DNA of 43,448 nt, taken from Hyphochytrium catenoides. Lineage: Eukaryota; Protista; Hyphochytriomycota. Below, piece after piece: positions 1 through 11,762 of this stretch; position 1 is the first letter of the stretch, and every line of letters begins with the position of its first letter. The translations under genes and the position numbers were made by a program. The DNA lies in assembly GCA_900088475.1 (NCBI GenBank), contig FLMG01002728.1, forward strand, positions 1 to 43,448, written 5' to 3'. Below the pieces are notes generated by a model. That model was not told the origin of the DNA. It made no database searches and worked only from the letters and a program-made list of their open reading frames with translations.

Positions 1-1278
1 TGTGGAGGTGGAAGAGACGACAGTACTCGTAGGCTATGCATAACGTCTAGTATGTAGTTTCTCTGCTTTTTAGTTTCTCCAACCAGTAACTAAATAAAAT
101 TACACAAATACCCACCGTCAACTAAAGCTAAAGTACTGTACTAGTACAGCTATACAAAGGTATTATCATTCTTATATCTGTACGGGATAACGGTACTGGT
201 GCTGGTAGTAGGCTAGGAATTTGATCTATATTCTAAATAAACGAAACTGGTACAGTAGTACTACAGTATAGAAACCTACGGTACTACGGTACCAGCAACT
301 CCTAGACTCAACTTTGACCACCGGAGGGTTTCTTTGCCGTCTCTCTCCCTCTCTTTCTCGCTCTCTCTCCCACTCTCTCTTCTTCACTCTCTCTCTCTCT
401 CACTCTTTCTTCTTCACTCTTTCTGTCTCTGCTCTCCAAAACTCATCACTCACTCCTCCTTCTCTCACCTCTCTCATTTACACACTCGCTTCTTCTGTCC
501 CTCATCCTCTCCGTCTTCAGTCTGTCTGGAAGAGAGAGAAGAAGAGAGAAGAGAGAGAGAACAAGAAGTGCAATGATGAGATGACCAAGGAGAAGAAAAG
601 AAAGACATAGAGGCATTGCCGGTTGTTTTTTGTTGTTAATAAGTGAAAGAAAAAAGGGAGGAGAGACATGGTGGTTACATTCTTCTCCCCAAAAAAGCGC
701 CTTCCCAAAGCTACCCACTTCCCTCTTGCTGTTCCCTTCTTCTCTCCTTCATCTGTTCAGTTCATCACAATCCCTCCTCCAATCCTTGGCTCTCGTCTCA
801 TCTCTCTCCTATGCCCATCTCGCTCTCTGGACCATCTTCCTCCTCTTCCGTGGCGGTTCTTTCTCTTTTCAATACTTTTCCCTGTCTCTCTCGTTCTTCT
901 TTCTTCTCTACTATATACTCATCATCCACTCTTCACGTCGTGGCTCTTCTTAGCTCCCTCTCTTCCTTCCTGTTTGGCCATAGGACTAGGGCCCAGGCCA
1001 ACGGTGAGATAGAGATGATAACGAGGAGAAGTAGTCTCGTTCTTGCCAGAAGATGCCGTCCTATCACCTCTGCTTTCACTCTTAAAACTTCCTCGTGGTC
1101 ACCAATTGAGGCACTGTCATCAGTTTAGCAACATTTGGAGAGAGAACTAGAGGCATCACTTTGTTGCCCTCAAGCCTGCTCCATCCCTGCCTCCTATCGT
1201 CTAGGTCTCGCGTTCCTCCTCTCTATTCCTCGAGGAGAAGACAAAGAAGAAAGACAGCCATCCGGACAGGTTACAAGC

Positions 1279-2253
1279 ATGGTCAACTCCGACGGTCGTG
1301 TCATCAGGGCTATCCTGGCCAGTGCCTGTCTGCTCCTCACTGTTCCAGTCGCCACGTCGGCACAGAGCACTAACCTCTCTCTTCTCACCATCAAGAAGTC
1401 TGCGCACCAAAGCGTACGGGGTTTGGAAGCTGTGAAGGCTGCTGCTTCAAAAGCCAATGTTAGCACTGAAGGATTGATGTCTATTGCCATTGACGACGAT
1501 GAGTTTGCGGCCACCGTTCCGCTTCCTTCTTCGTTCTATTTCTTCGGCTCTAACTTTGGTTCTGCGGCGGCAAACGAGAGCGTTTTACATTGGCACCGCC
1601 GTATGGCTTTCCTGTTTAAGAGGAAAGACCAAGAGGTGTTGGATGGTGGCATTGGGCTGGGTTTCTCCGCAGAGCAGACCACATCTCTGCACGTGTCTGA
1701 CAAGGCCGAACAAAGAGGAGACTATCAGGTGATGAGGATGGTAGCGGTGGGAAAGAGTGAAGAGACGCCTGACAGCACCATAAAGATGGAAATCAGGTTG
1801 TTCCGCTCTTCACAAGAGCAACTGATCGAAGTGCAAACCGTCGCAGACACTTCTTCTTCTACCCCGTCCTTTTCACTGGGATCGTACTACTGGGCTGTCA
1901 TTCAAACTGTTAAGGATAATAGGACTGGAGAGTTGGTTGATGAAACAGTTGGGAAAGCTCCCGCCACCTTTTATGAGCAGGGACTGAAAGCGGGAGAGAG
2001 TCTTGTCTATCGAAGCGACGCTGAAGGCAGAAATTGGGAAGTCCTTCCCTATGTCCTTGCAGAAGATTTGCTCAAGGATGGCGCGGACCTTGGCAGTACT
2101 CCTGTTCCCACTGCGGCTCCCACTGCGGCTCCCACTACGGCGACTCCATCTTCTCCTTCTTCTTCCTCCGGAGGTGCGATGCTTTATGCTGGGAGACTAG
2201 CGTCGACGGTGGTGCCAATGGCCCTTCTCTTCATCAATCTTTTCTCTTCTTAG
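1279..2253 (+). CDS. Secreted, probably GPI-anchored protein (324 aa) with one NIDO-like domain homologous to the three N-terminal repeats of the neighbouring giant receptor
   Basis: Intronless ORF. The first ATG (1279) gives a signal peptide, MVNSDGRVIRAILASACLLLTVPVATSA. The domain shares motifs with the gene at 7102: LPSSFYFFG, EIRLFRSSQEQLIEV, GLKAGESLVYRSDAEGRNW. It is followed by a PTAAPTAAPT linker, a Ser/Gly run and a hydrophobic C-terminus (VVPMALLFINLFSS*) with no cytosolic tail, typical of a GPI signal. The track's TTG start at 1135 is not a credible eukaryotic start. Confidence 0.85.
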   Translation: MVNSDGRVIRAILASACLLLTVPVATSAQSTNLSLLTIKKSAHQSVRGLEAVKAAASKANVSTEGLMSIAIDDDEFAATVPLPSSFYFFGSNFGSAAANESVLHWHRRMAFLFKRKDQEVLDGGIGLGFSAEQTTSLHVSDKAEQRGDYQVMRMVAVGKSEETPDSTIKMEIRLFRSSQEQLIEVQTVADTSSSTPSFSLGSYYWAVIQTVKDNRTGELVDETVGKAPATFYEQGLKAGESLVYRSDAEGRNWEVLPYVLAEDLLKDGADLGSTPVPTAAPTAAPTTATPSSPSSSSGGAMLYAGRLASTVVPMALLFINLFSS

Positions 2254-5134
2254 TGATGATGGCAGAAGATGAAGCTACTATCGCGTCATTGTTGACAGAG
2301 ATAAGCGTGCTGCATCATGGCGATTAGAGCTAAGTATCAGAAGCAAAGCTTAGATGAAGTGAGGTTATAAGTCTACATATACTTTTTGCATGCAGAGTGA
2401 GTCTTGGTCTCTTCTTCTTCTCCGTTTCTCTGTCTTCCTGCCTCTTCTTACACTCTGTTGAAGGTGCCCAGCGATGAGCCCTGGTAGCTTGAGATGATAA
2501 TCCGACAGAGGAGAGAGAGAGAGAGAAGGAAAAGCAAGGAAGAGAGAAGAAGAAGAAGAGCGAAACGGCCAAGATGCGGACTGCTGCTGGGTATCTTCTA
2601 TAGTAGTACAGAGCGGGTAGCTTGAGCACAGGAAATCCTCTATGGGAAAGGAAGAGAAACGTTACAAAAAGAAAGAAAACGAAAGAGAGAGAGAGAGACA
2701 GAGAGAGAGACAGAGAGACAGAGAGAGAGGAGGGTTAAAAAGCGCTACGCTGATAGCCAACAACCATTGGCGGCCCAGGAGACTCGGACTACCTACCCAC
2801 CATCCTCGTCGGCTAGTTCCTCTAGAGGCCGCGCCTCTCCCGCCAGCGCTTTCTCCTATCCACCTCCTGGCCCCTATGGCCAGCTAGCTCCAAGAGATAA
2901 AGCGAGAGCTTGTAGTTCAGAGGAGTATATGATGCTACTATTACACGGAGTATCTCACACATAACACCGTGACTTGCACCACAGAGATCACAGTCTGTTT
3001 GCCGCCGCCAGGGTTGTTGAGCGGGCCGAGCGATCGGTGGAATCTTCATCTTCCATGCTGGGGTTCTCCACTTATTGCCTCATCACTGGAAGGGTTCAAG
3101 AAGTTGAAAGTGTTACAGAGTTCAGAGGAGGTCGGCACCACCAGCAGGAACATTGACAAGAAAGCAAAACAACAGGGAAGCCGAACAATGATAGTAGTAG
3201 AGTCGATCTTCGATGTCCTCTTATTCTTCGATAGTTAACATCGCCAGAAAGAAAGAGGAGATTGTTGTCACACAGTTTGACTTTCTTCATCGTTCGGCTC
3301 ATCCGCAGCATCTCCCACTGACGAAGGCCCACGCGTTAAATGACCTTGGAGCTAGTGTTCACACTGGCGTCGCTTGCCTTGGGAGCTTCCTTTTCTTGCA
3401 GCCTGCTCGCTGGATCAAGCGGTAGGAGGAGGAAGGAGGCCCATGGCCCGGGCGGATGAATTAGAGCCGTGTCCTATCTAATAAAGTTACGACGACGAGC
3501 TAAGCTGGTGAATGATTGTTACATCCTCGTTTCTCGTCGACGACTAGCAGTCCTATCACCACCTTCCTACCTAACTAGACACCTATAATCTACCTAAAAC
3601 CTAGTGTTTATGAGCACTAATGGGGACAAGCGCCGCGCGGGACGGGCCGCTCATCACTGTTGTTCGGAACTTCTTCCGTAGGAGGTAACTCTGCGGTGGC
3701 TTCCCTTTTCTATGTTGATGGTTTCCCCTGAATCAGGAGACAGAGGCTCTTGGGGCTGATCGAAGCAAGTTGCCTCTAGAGTGAGCGACGAAGTCAGTGA
3801 CATCCTCTACTAACAGCCGCGCCAGGATCTCCCTGATATTATCCCATCATGGACAGTCTACCCTTTCTACTCTCTCCTTTCCCTGCGACAACCACCCTTT
3901 CATTCTCTGCCCTTCCCTTCCCTTCCCTTCCTCCTGTGGCAGCACTTCATCTGTCTTTGCCTTTCTGCCTCTCTCTTTGTCTTCTCCTCTTTCTCCTCCA
4001 TGATCTGTCGCGCGCTGTCTCTTACAATGCTCTAAGTAACTCTCTCCCTCGTAGCTAAGATTAGTGCGCGTGGGCTGCTGCCCCTCTTCCTGCCTTGCAG
4101 CAGTCTGCTCTTCATCTCTCTCTCTTGGCAAGGTTGTTCCTCCTCTGTTCTTGAAGACCTTACTCGACTCACGAAGAAGCAACCGTTGGCAGCGCCGTCT
4201 CGTTGTTGTGTCATCATGGCTTTGGCCGTAACCTCTGTCGTCTCTCTCTTTCTCTGTCTTTCGCTAAGTGTGTCTCTCGTCCTGTCTCTCTCTGTGTACA
4301 TTTATATCAAGTCATGGTCCATGTACCGCTCCGCCAAGAAAACCGCAAGAGATCAACAAGTTTATTTGTCTCGCTCCACCCAGGCCCAGAGTGCCGAAGG
4401 AGGAAGTTGGTTTCTGTCGAAGGAGCACAGTTTTCACGGTGGTGGACGCTGTGCCCATCGCCGTCATCCTTTATATTCCTGCACTTCTCGTCTTCACGGC
4501 TGCGTCTCTCTCCCTCTTTCACCTCGCCTCCATTCCTTGTAACGCTCTATTCCTCCGTTAGCCTGCTGCTGTCTCTGCCATTCGTTGGTTTCCTTTCTAC
4601 TCCTCTTCTTATAGATGAATATCCCTGGCACTCCTCCTTCTTCTCTATCCGCTGCTGCCTGTCTATCAACATTCGGCCACACAGCCAGAGAAGAGCCGAT
4701 CTGCCGTTGCCAATGCCATGAGAAAGAAGGAAAGAGAGATGGGAGAGACAGATGGGATAAAATCTGAGAGTAGCAAGCGAGGACAGAAGAGAGAGAGAGG
4801 GAGAGGGAGAGAGCAGAGATGAACGAGGAGGAGGGGAACCAAGGCGACTTTTTCTTTCTTTCTCTAAGACGTCTCTATCTCTTCCTTTCTCTCCTAACTC
4901 TTTCTCTTCAGTTCTCCTCCCCTTTCTCTCTCTCTCTTCCTTTGCCTGTCAACCAGGGGTTTCCTTATGCTTTTTTTGCAGGTTGGTCCGTCATCGGTTG
5001 GGAAATCTGCTCCTAACTCCTTTAATAATGGATACCGCTTCCTCCTCCCCTAGTTCCTAATTCCTCCTGACAGCGGTTGGCTGCTGCTCAGTTTCGCCAT
5101 CCTCCGTCTTAGTACTTTGTTGGGCCGACGACAT

Positions 5135-5720
5135 TTATCTCTCTCTCCGTTTCTCTCGCTGCTCTCTCTCCCTCTCTCTGTCCCCTCTCTCCCCCTCTTT
5201 CTCTCTCTCTCTCACTCCTCTCCCTCTCTCTCCCTCTCTCCCCCCCCCTCTTTCTCTCTCCTCTTTCTCTCTCGCTCCTTCTCTCCCTCTCTCTCCCTCT
5301 CGCTCCTCGTTCTCTCTCACTCCCCACTCCCTCTCCCTCTCTATCTCTTTCCTCTTTCTTTCTCCCTCTTCTCTTTCTCCTTCTCTCTCTCTCTCTCTCT
5401 CTTCCCCTCTTTTTCTCTTCTTTTTTCTCTTGCCTCTCTCCCCTCCCTCTGTCCCTCTTCCCCTCTTTCTCTCCCGTCTCTGTCTCTCTCTCTCTCTCTC
5501 TCCTCCCTCTCTCTCTCTTCCCCTCTTCTTCCCTTCTTTTTCTCTTGCCTCTCTCCCTATTCTCTCTCTCTCTCTCTCTCTCCTATCTTTCTGGTCGCCT
5601 CGCTACTCACTCTGTCTCTCACGATCTCCAACAGGTGGCTCTTTTGCTCTCTCTGCCCAACAGACGCACAGATTCCTCTCTTCTCCTGTGACTCCTTCCC
5701 TCTGTCTCTCTCTCACTAAC
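5135..5720. repeat. Imperfect (CT)n polypyrimidine tract, representative of window-wide CT/GA microsatellite
   Basis: About 580 bp, almost all C and T on the + strand. Near-pure runs also occur at about 6671-6722, 24414-24475, 25981-26037, and (GA)n at about 38878-38924. Confidence 0.95.
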
Positions 5721-6666
5721 AGGATTCTGACCAATACCTCTGTATCTCTTGGCCTCTCTGTCTCGTCCTCTATCTCGCTCTGTCTTCAACATCCTTTCAA
5801 CAGTTCTCCCTTCTTTCTCTCTGGGTCCCCATTAGCTCCTCCCATTAATTTCGTTATACCCGTGATTGAGTACTTCCAAGCCATTTCGATTACATAGAAA
5901 CCACAATATTTACACCTCTCACAAAATAACTGGGGTGTAGACCTTAAGATCGGTCGTTACAAGAATGCCTCCCGCAGTTTCCGCTAACGGCCAATATCTG
6001 CACTGCTAGGGCAAAAACGCCTATGCTTGGGTCAACAGTTTATTTCTCTCTCTCCCTTCATTCTCTTTCTCCTTCATCGTCTCTCTCTCCCTTCATTCTC
6101 TCTCTCTCTCCCTTCATTCTCTCTCTCCTTCATCGTCTCTCTCTCCCTTCATTCTCTCTCTCTCTCCCTTCCTCTACCAACCCCGCAATCCTCTGCTAGG
6201 CAGCTTCTTGAGGCGACTCTTCTCTCTCTCTTTCCTGCAACGCCTCTCTTTCCCACTCTGGAACCTCTCTCTTTCTCTCTCTCTCCCTCGCTCCTCTCCT
6301 CTTTTTGTCTCCACTTCTTCCTTCTCTCTCTTACCTTTCTCTCTCTTTCTTGGATACTTTCCTGTCTCTCCCTCCTCTGTCCAGCAGTATTTCCCCGAAT
6401 CTCATATCTTGTCTTCCTGCTATCTTCCCTCCTTTCTTCCCATCTCAATATCAGTCGACTCTCTCTTCTCTGTCTATCGCCCCTATCATCTCAGGGTCAG
6501 CCGAGTGCCAACCTTTATTCTCTTCTCTATCTTAGTTTCTCCCTCTTTTCCTCTTTGGACATTACTCGTGGACAAGGCTCTAGACCGGAAAGGTCTGTCT
6601 ATGACTCTGCAAGAAGGGGCAGGACGGTTATCGACTGAGAGCAAGGGCGGTGCTTCCTGTCCTTGT

Positions 6667-6726
<60 letters not shown>

Positions 6727-7101
6727 TCCGCTGCCCTCTCAACCGTGTCTCTCAGGCATTGTGCTCCCGCGTCTGTCCCTAGGAGGCCCCGATTCATTGC
6801 TCTCAGTCCGCCAATCTCTCTAAAGACTTCGAGTCTGCAGGCGTACGCCTAACAAGACGAGAGAGAGAGACACACACACAAAGTTTCTCTCTGAGCAACA
6901 CTGACTACCTCTTCTCCCCCTGTGTCTCCTCGCCTCTCTTGCACGAGAGGAGAGAGGCGCATGGACTATTTCTGCAAGTGGCAGCGACAACATCATAGAG
7001 ATTCTTTCTTCTTCTCTCTCTTACTCTTTCTCCGAGCACATTTCCTTCTCCAGGCACGGTGCATGTACAAGCACTAAGCTAGTCGCTACTCCGGGAGAAA
7101 G

Positions 7102-10100
7102 ATGATGGGGACTCGTTGCCTCTTCCCTTTTCTCGTGTTCATTTTCTCTCCTCTCTCCCTCGCTCTGAAGTCTTCCTCGTCCGTTCCATATCCTTTCAGC
7201 CCGCTAGCTCCTTCCCGTCACCGCCATCTTCAGACCAGCAGCTCTGCCCTAGTCAGCGGCAATGCCTTGGCCAACGTTGGCACAGACAATCTAGAGCTTC
7301 TGGCCGCCAACATAGCGAGTGAATCTGTCTCTCTCTCTCTCCCATTTCCCTTCTATTTCAACGGCATTGAGTATGCGCTTGGGAACTCTGTCTTTTGGCA
7401 TCCAAACCATCTTCTCCACTTCGGATCGGACCCTACCACGAATGCTCTCTTGCTCGGGCATTATGGCTGGCGGACAAACGCTCTTTATAAATCGGGGATT
7501 GTAGAGAGCGGAGACGCAAGCTTTGTCCGCCTCGTCCTGTTCGGGCAACCTTGGTACTATGAGCCTCCTTTCGCTGAGAATGCTATCCAGTGGGAGATAA
7601 AGCTCTATCGTTCAGCGTGGGAGCAGATCGTTGAGGTCCGAGTGGCTGCTACCGTGGCCGATGCAGCTTGGTGGTGGGAGGTATCCGTGGACAATATGCA
7701 GTTAGGTCTCTCTCCTCCCGATTATACGGGTCCACGACCAGGAGAAAGCGTTGCTCTACGAAGCGATGGCGAAGGAAGGAACTGGGAGTTTATTCAGCAG
7801 TCGCACGTGTATCTTCCTGCCCCACCAGCTGCTCTGCCAGGAACGATTGCTGCTTTTTCCGGAGACGCTGTCGCGAAGATGGACACTGCAGGTCTAACTC
7901 TGCTGCAAGCGGTGACCAACCAGGCAGAGATGGGAGCTCCGATTCCGGTCTCTTTCCCATTCTTTTTCAATGGAATCAACTGCCAAGGACAAGGTTACCT
8001 CCAATGGGCTACGTACCAAGATCTTCACCTCTGCAACGGCGCTTTCCTCAGCTTGGGAGCTCAGACTCGTCGGACGAACGCGCTGTATTACTCTGGCGTC
8101 GAAGAAAGAGGAGAGTATGTCTCTCTCCGCTTGGTGCTCTTCGCTCAGAATTATTGGGGCGATAACACGCCTAATGCTCTCAAGTTTGAGATCACTCTCT
8201 ATCACTCAGCCACCGAGCAGCTAGTGGAAGTTAGAGTCAACGCCACAGGGGCGACCCTAGGCAACTGGGACCTCTATCTCTTGCCCTATGAAGACCAGCA
8301 GGTCTCTCCTGCGGACTACCCTGGGGCTCAGGCAGGACAGAGCGTTGTCTTTCGCAGTGACGGCCAAGGAAAGAACTGGCAGTTCCTTGCTCACGCGCAT
8401 GTGGACCTTCCCGCCGCCCCTACCGTTGCGCCAACAGAAGCTCCTACGCCTGCGCCTACGCCTTCTCCTACGCCACTTCCCACGCCTGCGCCTACGCCTT
8501 CTCCTACGCCAGCTCCCACGCCTGCGCCTACGCCTCCTCTTCCCAGTCTCCCTTCGCCAGTACTGCTCTATGGCAGTGCTCCGGCTAACCTCACCACTGC
8601 TGGTCTGACGCTATTGAGTGCTGTGAGCGGCGTAGACGACGGCGATGCACCGCTGCCTCTCCCTTTCTCTCTCTTCTTCAATGGGACAGAATATCTTTCT
8701 CCTTCCACGTACAGCAGCTCTGTCTTGTGGAGCACCAACCACTTCCTTGTCTTTGGCTCCTATAGCAATCGTATCGCTCTTGGCTTTGCCGACAGACGGA
8801 CTAACGCCTTGTTCTATTCAGGGCTAGGCGAGCATGCACACTATCGCTTTGTCCGCTTTGTTCTCTTCGCACAGAATTTCTATTCAGATAACCTTCCTAA
8901 CGCTCTGCAACTGGAGATCAAGCTCTTCCGCTCTCCTCTAGAGCAGCTCGTAGAGATCAGAGCGGGGACAACGGCGCAGACAGGAGGAACGTGGCAGGTG
9001 GTGATCGGGAATGTCGTGCAGACTCTTCCTTCTGCAGTGAGCTTTCCAGGGCTGAAGGCAGGAGAAACAGCTGTCTTCCGCAGTGATGGAGAAGGAAGAA
9101 ACTGGCAGTTCTTTCCAGGGACGTACGTCAATCTACTTCTTCTATCTCCTCCGCCGCATCCTCTTTCTATCCCGCCTCTCAACGCGAGCTGGGAGCTCAG
9201 GACAGTGGCAGGGACCTACCAGCAACCTGGCTATAGTGAGGACGTCAGTGGAGCAGGCCCACTCTTTCTGAGGTTCTTCCAGCCTGACGGCTTGGCCTGG
9301 GACAACACGACGAAGACGCTGTACATTGCTGACAGAGCTAATAATATGATCCGAGCCTTTCACACAGAGAATAACAGCGTTGTCCTGGTGGCTGGCGGCC
9401 CGTGGCTGGGCCCAGGGTTCATAGACGGCAATAGCTCCACGGCACGTCTCTTCTCACCTTCAGATGTCGCTATAGATGGCGCTAGCAGGCTTCTCTATGT
9501 GGCAGACAGGGGCAATCACTGCATCCGCCGAGTCAATCTGACCAGCAGAGAAGTCAGTACGTTAGCTGGCAATGGCACCGCGGGCTTTGTCGATGGAGTC
9601 GGGTCCGTGGCAAGGTTCTATCAGCCTCAGGGCCTTGTGCTAGACAAGGACACTCTGTTTGTCTCTGACAGTGGAAACCATAGGATAAGGCGTATCTCTC
9701 TAGCTACTGGTGCCGTGACCACTCTGGCTGGCAGCGGACAGCGTGGAAGAAATGATGGCCTTGGCCTTTCCGCAGCATTTATCAGTCCCACGGGACTCTG
9801 TCTCGACGCGTCCTCCGGCGTGCTATACCTCGCGGACACCGGCAACAACCTCATCAGACAAATAGTGATCGCCAACGCTTCAGTAAGCACTGTGGCCGGG
9901 ACTGGCCAAGCAATGTCCGTGGACGGCCTTGGACTGGCCGCATCCTTCAATGGGCCGACCGATGTGGAGCTGGATGAGACAAACGGCTTATTATATGTCA
10001 CCAGCTACTGGTCAGGGCGACTCCGGCGCGTGCAGCTTAGCACTAGGAACGTCACGACCATCGTAGGAATTGACCAGGACTGGTTCCAAGACGGAAGATG

Positions 10101-11721
10101 GTCATCCACGGCTCTGGGCGGCCCTCGTGGCATTGCCCGGGATCCTAGCACGAACATTCTCTATGTGGCCGACTTCTTCGGTCCGGTCATCAAGCGGCTG
10201 ACGCCTCGTCCAGCCAACTATCCCGTTCCTCGTCTCCCCATCTCACCACCTCCAACGTCTAATGTCTCCGTACCGACACCTGATGGAGAAGTGCTCACAG
10301 TGGCCGGGAACATGTCCCAGCGGGTATTAGTGGACGGCATCGGACTAGCGGCTCGACTAGGAACCGTCGTGGGACTGGCCGTGGACGCGTCCAGTGGCCG
10401 GATCTATCTGTCTGACGACATCTTTAACTGCATCCGCGTCTACAATCCTGCCACCAGGAACCTGACCACGTTTGCTCCTAACGAGAACGCCCCGACTGCT
10501 AGTGCTCCCACAAAAGACGGAAGCTCATCCTCCTTCAATGCTTCGTTCTACCGCCCACGCGGTCTGGCCGTTGACAACACAAAGAGGATGCTCTATGTGG
10601 CCGATAGCGGCGCTAACCGCATCCAGGCCGTCAATCTGACCTCTGGGGCCGTTGGGACGCTCGTATCGACGCTTTGGTCGCCGACGGCACTGGCTTTGGA
10701 CGCTGTCACCGGCCATCTCTATGCGTCCGAGACATTTAATGGTTCCATCTATAGGATCCACCTTCTGACCGGCAATGTGTCTCTCTTGGCCGGGAGCCGA
10801 AGCTCATCTTCATGGCCTTATGCGGACGGTGTCGGAGCTAATGCGTCCTTTTATTCACCTCTTGGCCTGGCTGTGGACAGCACGGCCGGGATCCTTTACG
10901 TGGCCGACACCAATAATAATAGGATCCGGACCGTCCGGCTGGACACGGCCGAGGTTCGGACTTTGGTCGGCAATGGCCAGCCAGGTGGCTCCAGAGATGG
11001 GAACGTATCTCTTGCGCTCATCAGTACGCCTTATGGTCTGTCCTTGGACACGTCCGCTGGCATTCTCTACGTGGCTGAGATCGTCGGCCATCGGATCCGC
11101 CGTGTGAATATCAGCGCTGGGATCGTGAGCACCGTGGCCGGGGACGGGACTGGGATGAGTTTGGACGGGTTTGGCGCGATGGCGAGCTTTAGATACCCGC
11201 GGGAGCTGGCCTGGGATCCTTTAAGCCAGTCATTATTTGTGGCAGAAGCGTATCCTCTTCTGAAGAGAGTTGACATTCTCTCTCGTCCTTCTTCTCTCTC
11301 TCCCGGTCTCCCACCAACGCCTCGTCCAGTCCCGGCGCCGATTGTTTTGACGCCGGGATATAGCCCTTCTCCCTCTTCTGGAGGGACTCCAACCCCTGTG
11401 CCAGGTAAGAAACAGAAGAAAAAGGGAAACAAAAGAGAGAGAGAGAGAGAGAGGAGAAAGTGAGAGAGAGAGAGAGAAAAAAAAGAGAGAGAAGCAGCAA
11501 AGATGACAGGGAACCAAGAACGACCAGCGACAAAGTTCTGCCTTGCTTTGTCATCATGGAGGCTGACATCTCTCTATCTTGGTTCTCTCTCTCCCTCCCT
11601 CTCTCTCCCCATCTACTAACTCCTTTTTCCTCCCAATAATTTCTCTCTCTCTGTCCTACTTTCTCTCTCTCTCTCTCTCTCTNNNNNNNNNNNNNNNNNN
11701 NNNNNNNNNNNNNNNNNNNNN

Positions 11722-11762
<41 letters not shown>

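Noticed and set aside
3096-3332. Minus-strand LLFLSGDVNYRRIRG resembling the GDxNYR motif of ARMT1/DUF89 or inositol 5-phosphatases
   Set aside because: It is an isolated short match with no other family motifs, and all frames in 2750-3450 are interrupted by stops. At most a decayed remnant.
7216-7236. RHRHLQT after the signal peptide as an RXLR or PEXEL host-targeting motif
   Set aside because: It matches neither RxLR nor RxLx(E/Q/D), and the protein is a multi-pass membrane protein. A propeptide cleavage site is more plausible.
8413-8556. Regular short repeats as a CRISPR-like or mobile array
   Set aside because: There are no unique spacers, and the repeats encode an in-frame Pro/Thr linker in a eukaryotic gene.
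7102-11463. 1453-aa ORF as a complete stand-alone NHL protein
   Set aside because: The [18 protein letters not shown] tail is intron read-through past a strong CAG|GTAAGA donor at 11404/11405, and downstream exons continue in phase.
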